Under the pieces are notes generated by a model. The model searched no databases. It saw only the letters and a list, made by a program, of their open reading frames with translations, and was not told where the DNA came from. Made by a program: the position numbers and the translations under genes. Of a stretch of DNA of 64,000 nucleotides, positions 39,722 to 54,070 are shown one piece after another (the stretch's first letter is position 1; every line of letters begins with the position of its first letter). The DNA comes from the human T2T-CHM13v2.0 reference genome, Homo sapiens, in NCBI RefSeq assembly GCF_009914755.1, contig NC_060925.1, one strand, 5' to 3'.

Positions 39722-40614
39722 CCTTCAATGTGTATTTCCTAAAGACAAAGACATTGTCTTATATAACCATAATACAATTACCCAAATCGAAAAATTTAAT
39801 ATGATTACAGTATAATCTAATATACTGTCCATTTTTAAATTTTGCCAGTTGTCACAATAACGTTCTTCATAGTTATTTCTTCCTTAATCCAGGATCCCAT
39901 CCAGGATCACCCATAGATTTAGTTGCCCTGTCTCTTTAGTATCCTTTAATCTGCCACAAACCCTTAGTCTTTGTCTTTTTAACGTTAACACTTTTGAATA
40001 ATTTATGGGCCCGTCATCTAGCGATGTCTACCTCAAACGCAACTCGTGCTTTTTTTGCATGAATACTACATTATGCTGTGTCCTTTTCAGGGTATTATAT
40101 TAATAGGCATATGATATTGGCTCCTCCTATAACTGTGGCGTTAGTCTTGATCATTTGGTTATGATGGTGTCCACCAAATTTCTCTATTGTAAACTTTTTT
40201 TTTTTTTCTCGCTCTGTTGCCCAGGCTGGAGTGCAGTGGCAGGCTGATGGTTCGCTGCAGCCTCGAACTCGTGTGGCTCAAGCAATCCTCCCATCTCAGC
40301 CTCACGAGTAGCTAGGACCATAGGACCTAGCCACCACATTTGGCTAATTTTTTGTATTTTTTGTAGAGATGGGGTTTCTCCACGTTGCCCAGGCTGGTCT
40401 CCAACTTCTGGGCTAAAGTGATTCTCCCGCTTCAGCCTTCCAAAGTGCTGGATTACAGGCGTGAGTCAACACGCCCAGCCTTGTAAACTATTTCTTTTCA
40501 TCTTTGTAAATAATACATAATTTATGGGGAGTTATTTTGAGACTATGGAAATATCATGTTCCTCATCACGTTTACCTCCTAGTTTTAGTACCTTTTGATG
40601 ATTCTTGCCTAAAT

Positions 40615-40955
40615 CAGTTATTAGAATACAATTCATATACGATAAAATTCATTAAAGTATATAGTAATTCAGTGGTTTTTGTATATTCATACGGTTGTGT
40701 AACCATCACCGCTAATTCCAGAGCATTTTTATCACCCCGAAAATGAAACCCTTCACCCATTAGCACTCATTTCCCCATTTCCCCCAGCCTCTGGCGACCA
40801 CTAATCTACTTTTTATCTCTATGGATTTGCCTATTTAAGACATCCTATATAAATGCAATCATACAATATGTGGTCCTTTGTGTCTAACTTATTTCACTTA
40901 ATATGTTCTCACGGTTCATTCATGTTGTAGTTCTTATTGATATTTCATACCTTTT
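40615..40955 (-). mobile_element. Old L1 (L1MB-type) 3' fragment just upstream of the promoter
   Basis: CCACTAATCTACTTTTTATCTCTATGGATTTGCCTATT...GGTTCATTCATGTTGTAG. Confidence 0.75.
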
Positions 40956-41295
40956 TATTTGCCTAAATCAATCATTTCTATGATTCCTAAAAAATGGTGC
41001 TAGTCTAACTACATTATTTCCATCTACACTTACTAGGCAACATCTTTATCATCCATTGTCAGGAAGCCCTTTAAGAAAACTGCACAGTGAAGTTCATTTT
41101 AATAAATAGGGTTTCCTTGCTCTCAAGTAGTTACTAATCTTAGACAAAAGGGTCTAGGATGACCACCTTTCTTGAGGTTTACATGATCTTCCCTGACTTC
41201 CACTTGAAAGGCACCCTGTGAGTCTCTCTCCGCCTGTTATCCCACAGGCTCCTCCCCACTCCTCCAGGTACCCCTTCCTCGGCGGCTGCAGGAGG

Positions 41296-41317
41296 AGGAA
41301 GTGACGCACCGGAAGTG
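41296..41317 (+). promoter_or_regulatory. Tandem ETS (GABP-type) sites with overlapping half-CRE
   Basis: AGGAAGTGACG (ETS plus TGACG) at 41296-41306 and ACCGGAAGTG at 41308-41317, about 45-65 bp upstream of the ATG. Confidence 0.7.
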
Positions 41318-41357
41318 TCCCTGTTCCCCTTGCTGTGGGGGTAAGGAATCAAGCCCC

Positions 41358-41369
41358 CAAGATGGCGGC
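41358..41369 (+). promoter_or_regulatory. TISU / YY1 element spanning the start codon
   Basis: CAAGATGGCGGC matches SAASATGGCGGC exactly. Confidence 0.75.
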
Positions 41370-41628
41370 AGCGGCGGAGGAGCGGATGGCAGAGGAAGGA
41401 GGCGGCGGCCAAGGCGACGGCGGTTCCTCTTTGGCCTCCGGCTCTACCCAGCGACAGCCTCCACCGCCCGCGCCACAGCACCCGCAGCCGGGGTCCCAGG
41501 CGCTCCCAGCCCCCGCGCTGGCTCCGGACCAGCTGCCTCAAAACAACACGCTTGTGGCGCTGCCCATCGTAGCCATCGAGAACATCCTCAGCTTTATGTC
41601 CTACGACGAAATTAGCCAGCTCCGCCTG
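41362..41628 (+). CDS. FBXO28: FBXO28 coding exon 1 (aa 1-89; Ala/Gly/Pro/Gln-rich N-terminus and start of F-box)
   Basis: ATG in CAAGATGG context; translates MAAAAEERMAEEGGGG...LVALPIVAIENILSFMSYDEISQLRL, recognised as human FBXO28 with an F-box-like LP..I..IL pattern; donor CTG|GTGAGG, phase 0 (267 nt). Confidence 0.97.
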
Positions 41629-43547
41629 GTGAGGCCCCCGCAGAACTCCTGCCTCCCTCTCCCCCCGGCCGAGGTCTGGGAGATGAGGAGAAGGGAGCGC
41701 GTTCCCCGGGAAGGGAGCCCCCCGCGAGCCCCAGCCGGCTACAGATCTGGGAGGGAGCCGCTGCCGTCCCGAACTCTCCCTTGGCGTCAGTCAGCAGGAG
41801 TGGGCTGGTTCCCGATTGCGTCCTAGCTGCGGAGCTGGGGTTACTTCCTGAGGGGACTTCGCCTTGGGGGCTCCTTGCCCCCCGCCCGGAAGCGGGCCCT
41901 CTACGGGAGGGGTAGCGGAGTTGGTCTTCCCACCTTCCGCCTGGCCCGAGAGTAGACCCGGAGAGGTCATGTCGCCTGCCTTTTGTATGCCGCTTCCAGC
42001 CCCCGGCCTGGGTTTGGGGAGAAAACTCAGAAGTAGGCAGATGATCCCAGCCAGGTTTGGTTTATCTTGCAAGAATAACGAATTGTTCCCCACCCCAACC
42101 ACCCAAGTTTTCTTGTTCGAGAAGATTGAGTAGACTAAGGTGGCTCAGTGACCCCAAACCCAGGTAGAGGTTCCGAAGAATTCGAACGTGTTTACTTAGC
42201 GTTAGCCCCAGCGCCCTAATTGACCACTAAAGTAGAGCCTTGGGAAATGACCATTCCTGCTTTGCCTCATCCTAACGCTTCCCACCGTAGAGAAGCAACT
42301 TACCCCTTGACGGGTTTTTTCTCTTTTGCAATTTATTTTTAACTAGTGATTTACGCCCACCCACCTGCTTTAGGAGAGGTTTCTTTATACCTTAAAATCA
42401 CAATAGGTCAGTCCATGATTTTTAAAAATAATGAATTTGCCATTGGGGTTTTACTTCACTCCAGAGGTTTGAAGATGTGGTGATTGTCAGTTCAGTTAGA
42501 TATTTTGCTGCCTTTCAATGAAATTATCTTTAAGTGGTAAAGAAATTGAAGGAGGTGGACATTTTGAAGTGATTGCAAACCGATTCCATGGAGAAGCTAA
42601 ATCTGTGCTGGGAATTGTTTTTAAGAGGACAAAGATATTTCTGAATGTGCTGTGTATAACATCTTCTTATTACTCAATATGCTATATTGTAGGCATACAC
42701 CTCCAGTTTCAAGTGGATTATAATTACATTTTTAAAGGAAATCATAACATTTTTAAAAGAGAACTTATAAATATTAATTCAAACTGATGGCCAATTTTTT
42801 TTCTAGTCAACACAGCAGTTCAACCATGCCAGTCTGCAGGATGGAAAATTTCTTCAGCTGAAAATAGATATTTCACAATTGATTGCCTCTGAATTTCCAA
42901 AACGTTTTCATTCTAGAATTTCATGTAGAATCTTAAATATTCCTTCAGATTTTTACAAACAGTGGCGTTTAATCAAAATTCGCGCTGTACATATACGGTG
43001 TTTGGAAAATTGGGCATATAACATTTGATTGAATTGAACCATTCAACCAGACAATGGCTTTGTAAATCTTGGAATATTCACAGTTCTGTTTTGTAAGTGT
43101 TGAGAAAAACTGAGTTTTATTTGTTTGTTGATCATTTTACTATTTTAAAAAAATGTAGTGGGGAGGGGGGAACCAGCCTGTCCTAACTAGAGTTAAAACA
43201 CATCCCACAATTTATGAATAAATGACATCTCTGTCAGGTGAGATATTCAGCTGCATTCTTAATTTTTAAGCAGTTTTCTGGCCTTTTAAGGTTATAAATT
43301 TATAATTTCAAACTTAGATTTTTCATAAGGAGTCCCTTCAGTACAACTGCCCACCCCCAGGAAAAGATTCTGCCCCGTTTTACATGTGCAAATATGATTT
43401 TTGAGTAATGGGGAACTATTTTTTTTACTTAAGGCTAATGGATAATTCTTGAATAGATTAAATGGATAATCTTTTGTGGGGAGTTGGAAGTGTCTTTGCT
43501 TGGAAGGTACAATTCAAGTAACGTTAGAAAAGAAAGATGTTCTTTTT

Positions 43548-43565
43548 TGCCACTAGGTGTCAGCA
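43548..43565 (+). promoter_or_regulatory. Candidate CTCF site in intron 1
   Basis: TGCCACTAGGTGTCAGCA, close match to the CCASYAGRKGGCRS core in non-repetitive sequence. Confidence 0.5.
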
Positions 43566-45150
43566 TTAATTTAATTATGATCTTTTCTGAAATTGGCAGT
43601 CAAGAGAGTACCTAGGTGAGCTGTACATGCCTTCTTAAGTAGCCATTTATACCTAAAGAATCGTTTGCAAAAAATCAAGGGACTTTAGTGTATGCTGCTA
43701 TCTGACATATAAGTTACGTAGTTCTCTTCATTGTAAGCATATTTTTGAGTGGAATTAAGGCTGGATATGCTTTGAAGGGGGTAATATTAAGAACAGAATT
43801 AGTTTTCATAAAGCTAAATGTCAGTTGTTAGGTAGGAGTTAGTTTATGTATTGTTCAGGGACTTTTTTTCTTCCTTCTCAGTTTGCTTGTCTTATTGGAA
43901 CCTCAGTTACAACTTTGCTTAGCATCTAATGTAGACAATAAATAGGTACACAATCCATGTACTTACTACTCTGCATTTTCTTTAAAAGATTTGCTCTAGG
44001 TTGAAATTGCTACAATAACATTTTTCAGTTATTTGTACTGTTTAGTTGATAATAGTCTTTGCTTCCTCTTACCATGAATAACTGATTTCCAAGGGACTGT
44101 GTGAATGCCTTATTAAATTGGATTTTTGGCTGGGCGCAGTGGCTTACACCTGTAATGCCACCACTTTGGGACGCCGAGGTGGGCAGATCACCTGAGGTCA
44201 GGAGTTCAAGACCAGCTGGCCAACATGGTGAAACCCCATCTTTATAAAAATACAAAAATTAGCCAGGCATAATGGTGGGTGCCTGTAATCCCAGCTACTT
44301 GGGAGACTGAGGTGGGAGAATTGCTTGAACCTGGGAGGCAGGGGTTGCACAACGTGAGCCGAGATCGCCGTCTCAAAAATAAAAATAAAAATAAATTGGA
44401 TTTTTTTTTTTTTTTTTTTTGAGACGGAGTCTCGCTCTGTCACCCAGGCTGGAGTGCAGTGGTGCCATCTTGGCTCACTGCAGCCTCCACCTCCTGGGGT
44501 TCAAGCGATTCTCCTGTCTCAGCTTCCTGAGTAGCTGGAACTACAGGCGCACGCCACCATGCCCGGCTAATTTTTCGTATTTTAGTAGAGACGGGGTTTC
44601 ACCATGTTGCCCAGGCTGGTCTCGAACTCCTGAGCTCAGGCAATCCACCCACCTAGGCCTGAATTTATTTATTTTATTTTATTTTATTTTATTTTTTGGC
44701 CATTGACTATTGATCAAAAGATGTATCCTGAGTCTGGTGGTTTCACAGAAATTACTCCTTAAATATTTAACTCCTCCAATGTAAAATTATTTGGCTGAAC
44801 ACAACCTTTGAAATGACAAAACATGTACTTTGAGTTGTTTTTCCAGTAAAACAGAGAAATTTGTGCTGATGCAGCATTAGTATGTCACCCAGGCCCCCTT
44901 GGCAGGTGGGTGAGAGACTCTGAAACAAGTGGCAAAGGTTAAGAAGTGAGATCCTGGCTCACTTACAGTGCGGTGGCTCACGCCTGTAATCCCAGCACTT
45001 TGGGAGGCCAGGGTGGGCGGATCACTTGAGGTCAGGAGTTCGATACCAGCCTGGCCAACATGGTGAAACCCCATCTCTACCAAAAATATAAAAAATTAGC
45101 CAGGCGTGGTGGCACACGCCTGTAATCCCAGCTACTTGGGAGGCTGAGGC

Positions 45151-45200
45151 TTTGAACCTATGTAACTTTGGCTTATGAGCATTATATTCTTACCTACTGA
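45151..45200 (-). pseudogene. Degenerate tRNA-Ile(AAT)-like remnant (tRNA pseudogene or tRNA-derived SINE head)
   Basis: Reverse complement TCAGTAGGTAAGAATATAATGCTCATAAGCCAAAGTTACATAGGTTCAAA resembles TCAGTTGGTTAGAGCGTGGTGCTAATAACGCCAAGGTCGCGGGTTCGAT, differing mostly by transitions. Confidence 0.35.
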
Positions 45201-45224
45201 AAAACAAGTATAGGGAGCTTTTTA

Positions 45225-45255
<31 letters not shown>

Positions 45256-45357
45256 ATTTTTGAGACAGGGTCTCCCTCTGTCGCCCAGGCTGGAATGCAG
45301 CGGCGTGATCACAGCTCACTGAAGCCTTGATTTCCTGTATTTTTTGTGGAGATGTGA

Positions 45358-45468
<111 letters not shown>

Positions 45469-45984
45469 TAAAAAGGGTAAAAATTTTTTTTTCTATTTAT
45501 TTAAAGTACAATATAAAAAGGGAAAAAAATTATCCTGTTTCAAACACTGCATTATATAATTTTACCTGCCCTACAGGAGGCTTTTAAAAGATGTTTTAGA
45601 GAGATACTATCAATTTTTTTCCTCTGCGATTCAACTGGAGCTCTTATCATTTTAATTGGAATCATATTAGTGGTTCAGAACATGAATTTGACTAAAGGTT
45701 AAGTTGAGAATTCTTGCCTATTTTCTGGAATGAAATTTTCCAGTCAGCAACAAAATACATAAATACGTGCTTTTGTCTCAAGATATTTCTCTAGAGCACT
45801 TTAGCTAATTAAATCTATTACCTATTTATAGTTCCTTTCACATCTTTTCTTCAAATATGTTAGAAAATTTTAGTTATAGAGTGGGTTGGTTGGTAGGAAA
45901 TATGAAGGAAAATGAAGAACCATTACTTCTTTTTTTGTTTTTGTTTTTAAGTAGGCAAGCTGTCTTGTATCTCTCACTCTGCAC

Positions 45985-46658
<674 letters not shown>

Positions 46659-47978
46659 CCACTGATTTTTTCTTGTATTTTTCTCCCACCATCTCTTCAG
46701 GCTATTGATTTTATTAATGAGTGCATAAGTACAGGTAAGAAATTATAATCTCTTGGGGGCAGTTCGTTCTTCCAGTTCTCACAAAGTAAAGAGGTTCAGT
46801 CAGTAACTCTGTCCACTGTGTCGTCATCAAGAGAAAATATACATACCTTCCTTGAGCACACTTACACAGCATCAGGATAACAAATGCAAAGATGGTAAAT
46901 ATGAGTGTTGAGGTTGATTAGGACTTAATCAGGAAAGACCTCCTCAAGATAATAAGTTTTTATCCAGTTAATAAAGGTAGAAGAGCATTCCCAGCAGAAA
47001 AAAAACGATGTGTAAAGTATTGAAGTGATTGGAGAAGAATGACTTAGAGGGATTCAGATAAACTTGAATTTGGATATGTGAAATTGTTAATGTTCTAGAT
47101 TAGTGGTCACCCATCCTCCTGTCTCCCCAGCTTTTTTATTTCACAGACCAGTCAGATTTAAGAAACTGTTTTTGAGAACCTCCAGGGCTGACATCTTTTG
47201 GTGGGTGGAGCAAATAAGGGCATTTTAAAAAACAAAACAACTTCCGTCTCGTATCATCATCATTTCTTAAAAGACACCAGATATATCTGCATACCTTGAT
47301 AAACTGAGTAGTATGAATTCTTACAAAATTGAAGAAGATACTATGTTAAAAGGATGACCTGTGCATATAAATCCAATTTCATAATTTTTGAGACTGGGAG
47401 CAAAAGATAACCTTTAACAGAGGTTTCCCTTAAACACCTACTTCTAGCATCTTGTACTTAAGATTGATTGAAACAAACATCAAGCTCTTCAGTTTCCCAA
47501 ATATCTTGGGCCTCTGCAAACACATGCTTTTTCCTGTTTCGCTCTCCTAGAAAATATTTGTACCTTTGGCATATACCTCATTCTATAATTCTTCTCTGAA
47601 CTTTATGTAGGTAATATTTCTAAGTTTCCATTGCATCATTATTGCACTTACTACATTGGAATTATCTTTGGAGGAGCCTGTTTTCCAATTACCTTAGTCT
47701 GTGATGCAATATAAGTACTCAGTAATTATTGAATAAATGAAGTAGCTCTTAAAAACCATTTCACTGCTCTGAATAAACAATAGAAAATATATGTCATTGT
47801 AGGGCTGGGCGTGGTGGCTCACGCCTGTAATCCCAGCACTTTGGGAGGCTGAGGCAGGTGAATTACCTGAGGTCAGGAGTTCGAGACCAGCCTTACCAAC
47901 ATGGTGAAACCCCGTCTATACCGAAAATACAAAAATTAGCTGGGCATGGTGGCGGGCACTTGTAATCCCAGCTACTCA

Positions 47979-48083
<105 letters not shown>

Positions 48084-48773
48084 TCAAAAAAAAAAAAAAA
48101 GAAAGAAAGAAAAGAAAATGTATGTCATTGTAAGATAAATGTTTTCTGTATAAACTATAATAGTGTTACAAAATCAGTTGCTTAATATTTACTTCCAAGA
48201 GAGGAGATTAGAACTTTTTTTTTTTACATTTTTCATTCACCCTAGAATGTCTTTAACATTTTACAAGACCATTTTAAGAAAATGAGTGACTAAAGAAAAC
48301 TCTTAGGAGTTATTAAAATTGATTGATACACTGATCTGAAGCCAGTATGTAATTAACAAGATAGCCATTTGCAATAGTGCATCAGGGTTCCTTTGTTTTA
48401 GTCAACATTTAATTGATTTATTAATGAGAAAAATAATGGTACAGATAATCAAAAACTGAGAACAATCCAAAAGGCTTTTTTATGTGGTGGTTAGGATGCA
48501 TTATAGGAATCCTAAGAAGAAATTCTTCCTAATTGTTATACTTAGACTGAAATTAAAATGAATTTATATTTTCTTTCCAAGTGAATATCTAGGGTATATA
48601 CGCAGAGAATCTAAAATTTGTTGTAATTCTACCAGCAGATAATTGAGAATTTCATATACATATATATGTGTAGTATATTCATAACACACACAATATAGTA
48701 ATACAAGTGGTGTGATCTTAGGCAGTCCGTAGAAGAGAGTTGCTCTGTCACCCATGCTGGAGTGCAGTCGTGA

Positions 48774-48878
<105 letters not shown>

Positions 48879-48881
48879 TAG

Positions 48882-49010
<129 letters not shown>

Positions 49011-49018
49011 TAGACTGA

Positions 49019-49231
<213 letters not shown>

Positions 49232-51144
49232 TGATCCACCTGCCTTGGCCTCGCAAAGTGCTGGGATTACAGGCGTGAGCCACTGCCTGGCCCCAAATAG
49301 AATTTTTTTTAAAGATTAAAGTATTCTTTTGGAAGAGGTGGGAAGTTGTATCCATATTTAGGTGAGGGAAATTAAGATGAGTTCACTGAAAACACAAACA
49401 GGACAAGAGAAGAGCCAGAATGGTTGTGATTCGTTCATTATTCATTTTTTAAATGATTTTTTCGTCCATCATTAACTTTTTGCCACATTTGCTTTATCTG
49501 TTTCACTTTTGTGCTCATTTTCTCTCTCCTGAATGTGTGTATGTGTGCATCTATCCCATGAACATACTTATTTTACCAAACCATTTGAAAGTAAGATGAA
49601 AATACTGATATTTTGCCCCAAGTACTTTTTATAATGTGATCACAATATCCTCATTTCCAGGGGATTTAACATTACAGTTTGTATTCAGATTTTTCAGTTG
49701 TCCCCAAAATGTTCTTTATAGCTCTTTGAGGCGGGTTTATTCAGTCTAATTAAGGATTGTTCTCTAATCTAGACCGTTGTCCCCACTTTTTTCATTCTTT
49801 CATGCCATTGACTTTTTTTTTTTTACAGCCCCCCCCAAGCCCCGCCAACACACACAATGAATGCCATTGACTTTTTGAAGACTAGGCCAGATGGCTTGTA
49901 ATGGTTCTGTAATTCACATTTGTCTAATTTTTTCCTTGTGATTGACTTCAGGATTTTGAACTTTGGAAGGATTATAGGAAGGTCTTGCGCTAGCTCCATC
50001 TGTCTAACCTTTAGCAGTGTGGTGAGAATGCCTGTTAATGTCCTTAAAAATCCCTTATTACCTCAAGAAGTCCTACCTTTTAGAGTAGTGCCAGCAGTTC
50101 TATAACAGCAGAGTATCAGTTGGGACTCTAATCAATTTGAAATAAATAGGATAATTATTTCAGGTTATATAGCTGTGGGTCACCAAGTTTAAAATGGCAC
50201 AAATTAGAAGACCTGGATTCTTAGTTTCCCTTTTGCTGCTGAATAGCTGGATGACCTTGGACAAATCACATAATTTCTTAAGGCCTCAGCTTTCTCACTT
50301 TAAAAAAAAAGGATAGGTTCTGATGTCTTTAAGTTCCTTTCAGTTCTGGAGTCTTAACAAGCAGCCTAATCAGCTTGTGATCATTTAAGAACTGTAGAGT
50401 GCCAAATTAATACATTTTATTTATTTATTTTGGTTCTCTGTTTATCTTACACAATAATGAATACATTTTAAAACTGGGTTCCAGCTGGGCGCAGTGGTTC
50501 ATGCCTGTAATCCTAACACTTTGGGAGACCGAGGTGGGTGGATCACTTGAGCCCAGGAGGCTGAGGTGGGAGGATTGCCTGAGCCCCAGGGAGGTGGAAG
50601 CCTCAGTAAGCCGTGATCGTGCCACTCCACTCCAGCCTGGGCAACAGAGGGAGACCCTGTCTCAAAAAAAAAAAAAAAAAAAAAAAAATTGGGTTCCAAT
50701 ACAATATTTCCATGATTCTAAGATATAAGGGTCTCATATTTAACAATTTTGAAATCAGTGCATCTTGATCAATTTGTATGTATATTATCGTGGTGGTGCC
50801 TTTTTTTTCCCAGAAAAGTTTTTATTAAGTTGGTAGCATGTCTCAAAGTCTCTACAGCATCTTAAAATCGAAGGAGTTGAGCATACCATATTTCAAGGCA
50901 TCTAAGAAAAAAATGCCGCCAATTATAATGCTAAGACATTATATATCGTAGGTCTATTCCACTGTCAAATGTTTAAAAATGTGCATCTTAGAATCAGTTA
51001 AGACTTAAATAAATAAAAATTTTTGTAAAACAATCAGTTAAGACTTGAGGCCAGGCATGATGGCCCATGCCTGTAATCCCAGCACTTTGGGAGACTGAGG
51101 CGAGTGGATCACCTGAGGTCAAGAGTTTGAGACCAGCCTGATCA

Positions 51145-51330
<186 letters not shown>

Positions 51331-52738
51331 TCAAACAAAAAAAGACTTGATATTAAAGATTAAACAGGAAAATCACATTTCACAAATGTATAGCCTGTGT
51401 GTCTTGCATTATTAAGAAGGACCATGGTAGCACAACAAATCTAAAAACAAAGAAAATTTTTCATTACTGACCACAACTAAGAAAACTACATTTATTCTCT
51501 TACAGTAGAACAGTGAGTAACAGGAGCCCAAGCTATATCTTTGTTCTTCAGTGATTTATTCTATTCATTCCCTTTTGTTTTTATAGTATATACTTTTCCT
51601 AATCTTTCAGTGCCCTGATAGTTTTTGACATAGTCATCATCTTTAGGCTCCATATATTAGGCTTCAGGATTTTATTTTACTGTCTTGGGTAAATTGCCAA
51701 ATTGTTAGGATTTTTGTTTGGTTGTAGTTACTAGGGAAATAAAATTTCTTCCCTTTAGCTTTGGGAAATTATTAAAATACTCCTAAATTTAGAGCTACAC
51801 TTTAAATGAGAAAATTTGAGTTACAAGTTAGCATACATTATCAGCAGCTATCATTAAACTGCTTGTCCTGGGGAAATTTAGTATATTTCTTTTTTCCAGA
51901 TGTGACTTCTTTCTGAATCCTAAACAAAAGTTATATGGTCTCTTTTGTTGTATTGTTTCGTTTTTGAGATGGAGTCTCGCTCTGTCACCCAGGCTGGATG
52001 GAGTGCAGTGGCGTGATCTTGGCTCACTGCAACCTTCACCTCAGGTTCAAGCGACCCTCCTGCCTCAGCCTCCCAAGTAGCTGGGATTACAGGCGCCGGC
52101 TACCATGCCTGGCAAATTTTTGTATTTTTAGTAGAGATGGGGTTTCACCCTGTTGACCAGGTGGTCTTGAACTCCTAACCTCAGCTGATGCGCCCAGCCG
52201 AAAGATGTATGATCTCTTGTGTTTTTGTGCTATTGGTTAGTCAGTGCTTCTTGAACATTTGAACATACAGGAAAACTACCACATTAAATACTGTTCTTTC
52301 CTTACAATATTGCCTAATGTTTAAAATAATTTTTCTTTTTTTTTTTTTCTTTTGAGAGGAGGTCTTGCTATGTTGCCCAGGCTGGAGTAGTGCAGGTGTG
52401 ATCATCATACACTGCAGCCTCAAACTCCTGGGCCCAAGTGATCCTCCCACCTCAGCTTCCCAAGTAGCTGGGAAGCTGGAACTACAGGCTCATGCCTCTG
52501 TACCTGGCTATGCTTAAAATCTTTTTGATGTTGGCTTGTGTAGTGTCATTCTAATTTGTCCATCTTTGTGACCTCCTATTCTCTAATCTTTTTATCAGCT
52601 TTTAATTATAAATGTCAGTTGAGGCTCCATTTATAGGCCTTTTTCTCTTATCTTTCACTTCATTTGGGGTTCATGTACATTTATTTCACTATCTCCAGTG
52701 AAATTTCCAGAACCACGTCTTTAGTCCTGGTATGATAG

Positions 52739-53077
<339 letters not shown>

Positions 53078-53836
53078 TGACCTCAAGTGATCTGCCCACC
53101 TCAGCCTCCCAAAGTGCTGGGATTACAGGCGTGAGCCACTGCTCCCGGCCATTCATTCTCTTTTTAAAGTTATTTATCTGATTTCTCGACTCAAAACATG
53201 GGAAATTTTATTCCTCTCAGCTTGGCCCACACATCTCATCTGTCTTCGGAAGTAGTTTGCTTGCTAATGGTTTGTTCATTCCAGACTTTGTGCCTTTGCA
53301 TACACCATTACATCTAACTTAGCAATCTTTGCCCTCTCCTCCTTCAAAGCCTAATTCAAATCTTTTGTCATGTGAGATCTTCTTAATTGGGCCTATCTGG
53401 TTATTCTTATTCTCATCACCCAGCCAGTACTTAAATACTTACACTAGCCAGCACTCATATTCGAGTTTATAGATTATTGAAAGATATCTAAACCCTAGAA
53501 GTTAGCTAGATTCAGTGCAGCAAAACTAGTAAAATAATTTTGACTGAACCTTGAAAATTGTTACAGCAGTAATTGACCTTAATTTTTGTCTTTGTAAATA
53601 TATTGCTGCTAAAAATTATTTCTTCTCAGAAATTATCAACAAGGTTGTAGAGTCTACAGAGACAAGAAGTGTTTTTCTACAAGGTTGTGTTAGAGGGTAC
53701 CTCAGTTTATTTTTAAGTCCACTATCTACTCATCTGATAACTTAACATATCAAATAGGCTGGGTGCAGTGCTCAACGCCTGTGAACCTAGCACTTTGGGA
53801 GACCAAGGCAGGAGATCACTTGAGGTCAGGAGTTCA

Positions 53837-54070
<234 letters not shown>

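Larger units (their letters stand above)
41270..42010. promoter_or_regulatory. FBXO28: CpG island / FBXO28 promoter and first exon
   Basis: Abrupt rise in GC and CpG density against CpG-depleted flanks; overlaps the first coding exon. Confidence 0.9.

Noticed and set aside
41335-41826. 163-aa ORF as a single-exon gene or GTG-initiated N-terminal extension
   Set aside because: The true coding part is 41362-41628; the rest reads into intron 1 past a GT donor. An in-frame TGA at 41302 limits any extension, and the ATG context is optimal.
41179-42133. Overlapping and antisense ORFs in the CpG island
   Set aside because: Expected from stop-codon scarcity in GC-rich DNA; no recognisable protein.
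49825-49860. Possible mitochondrial D-loop fragment (C-tract plus CA repeat)
   Set aside because: Only compositional resemblance; I cannot align it to the mtDNA sequence I recall.
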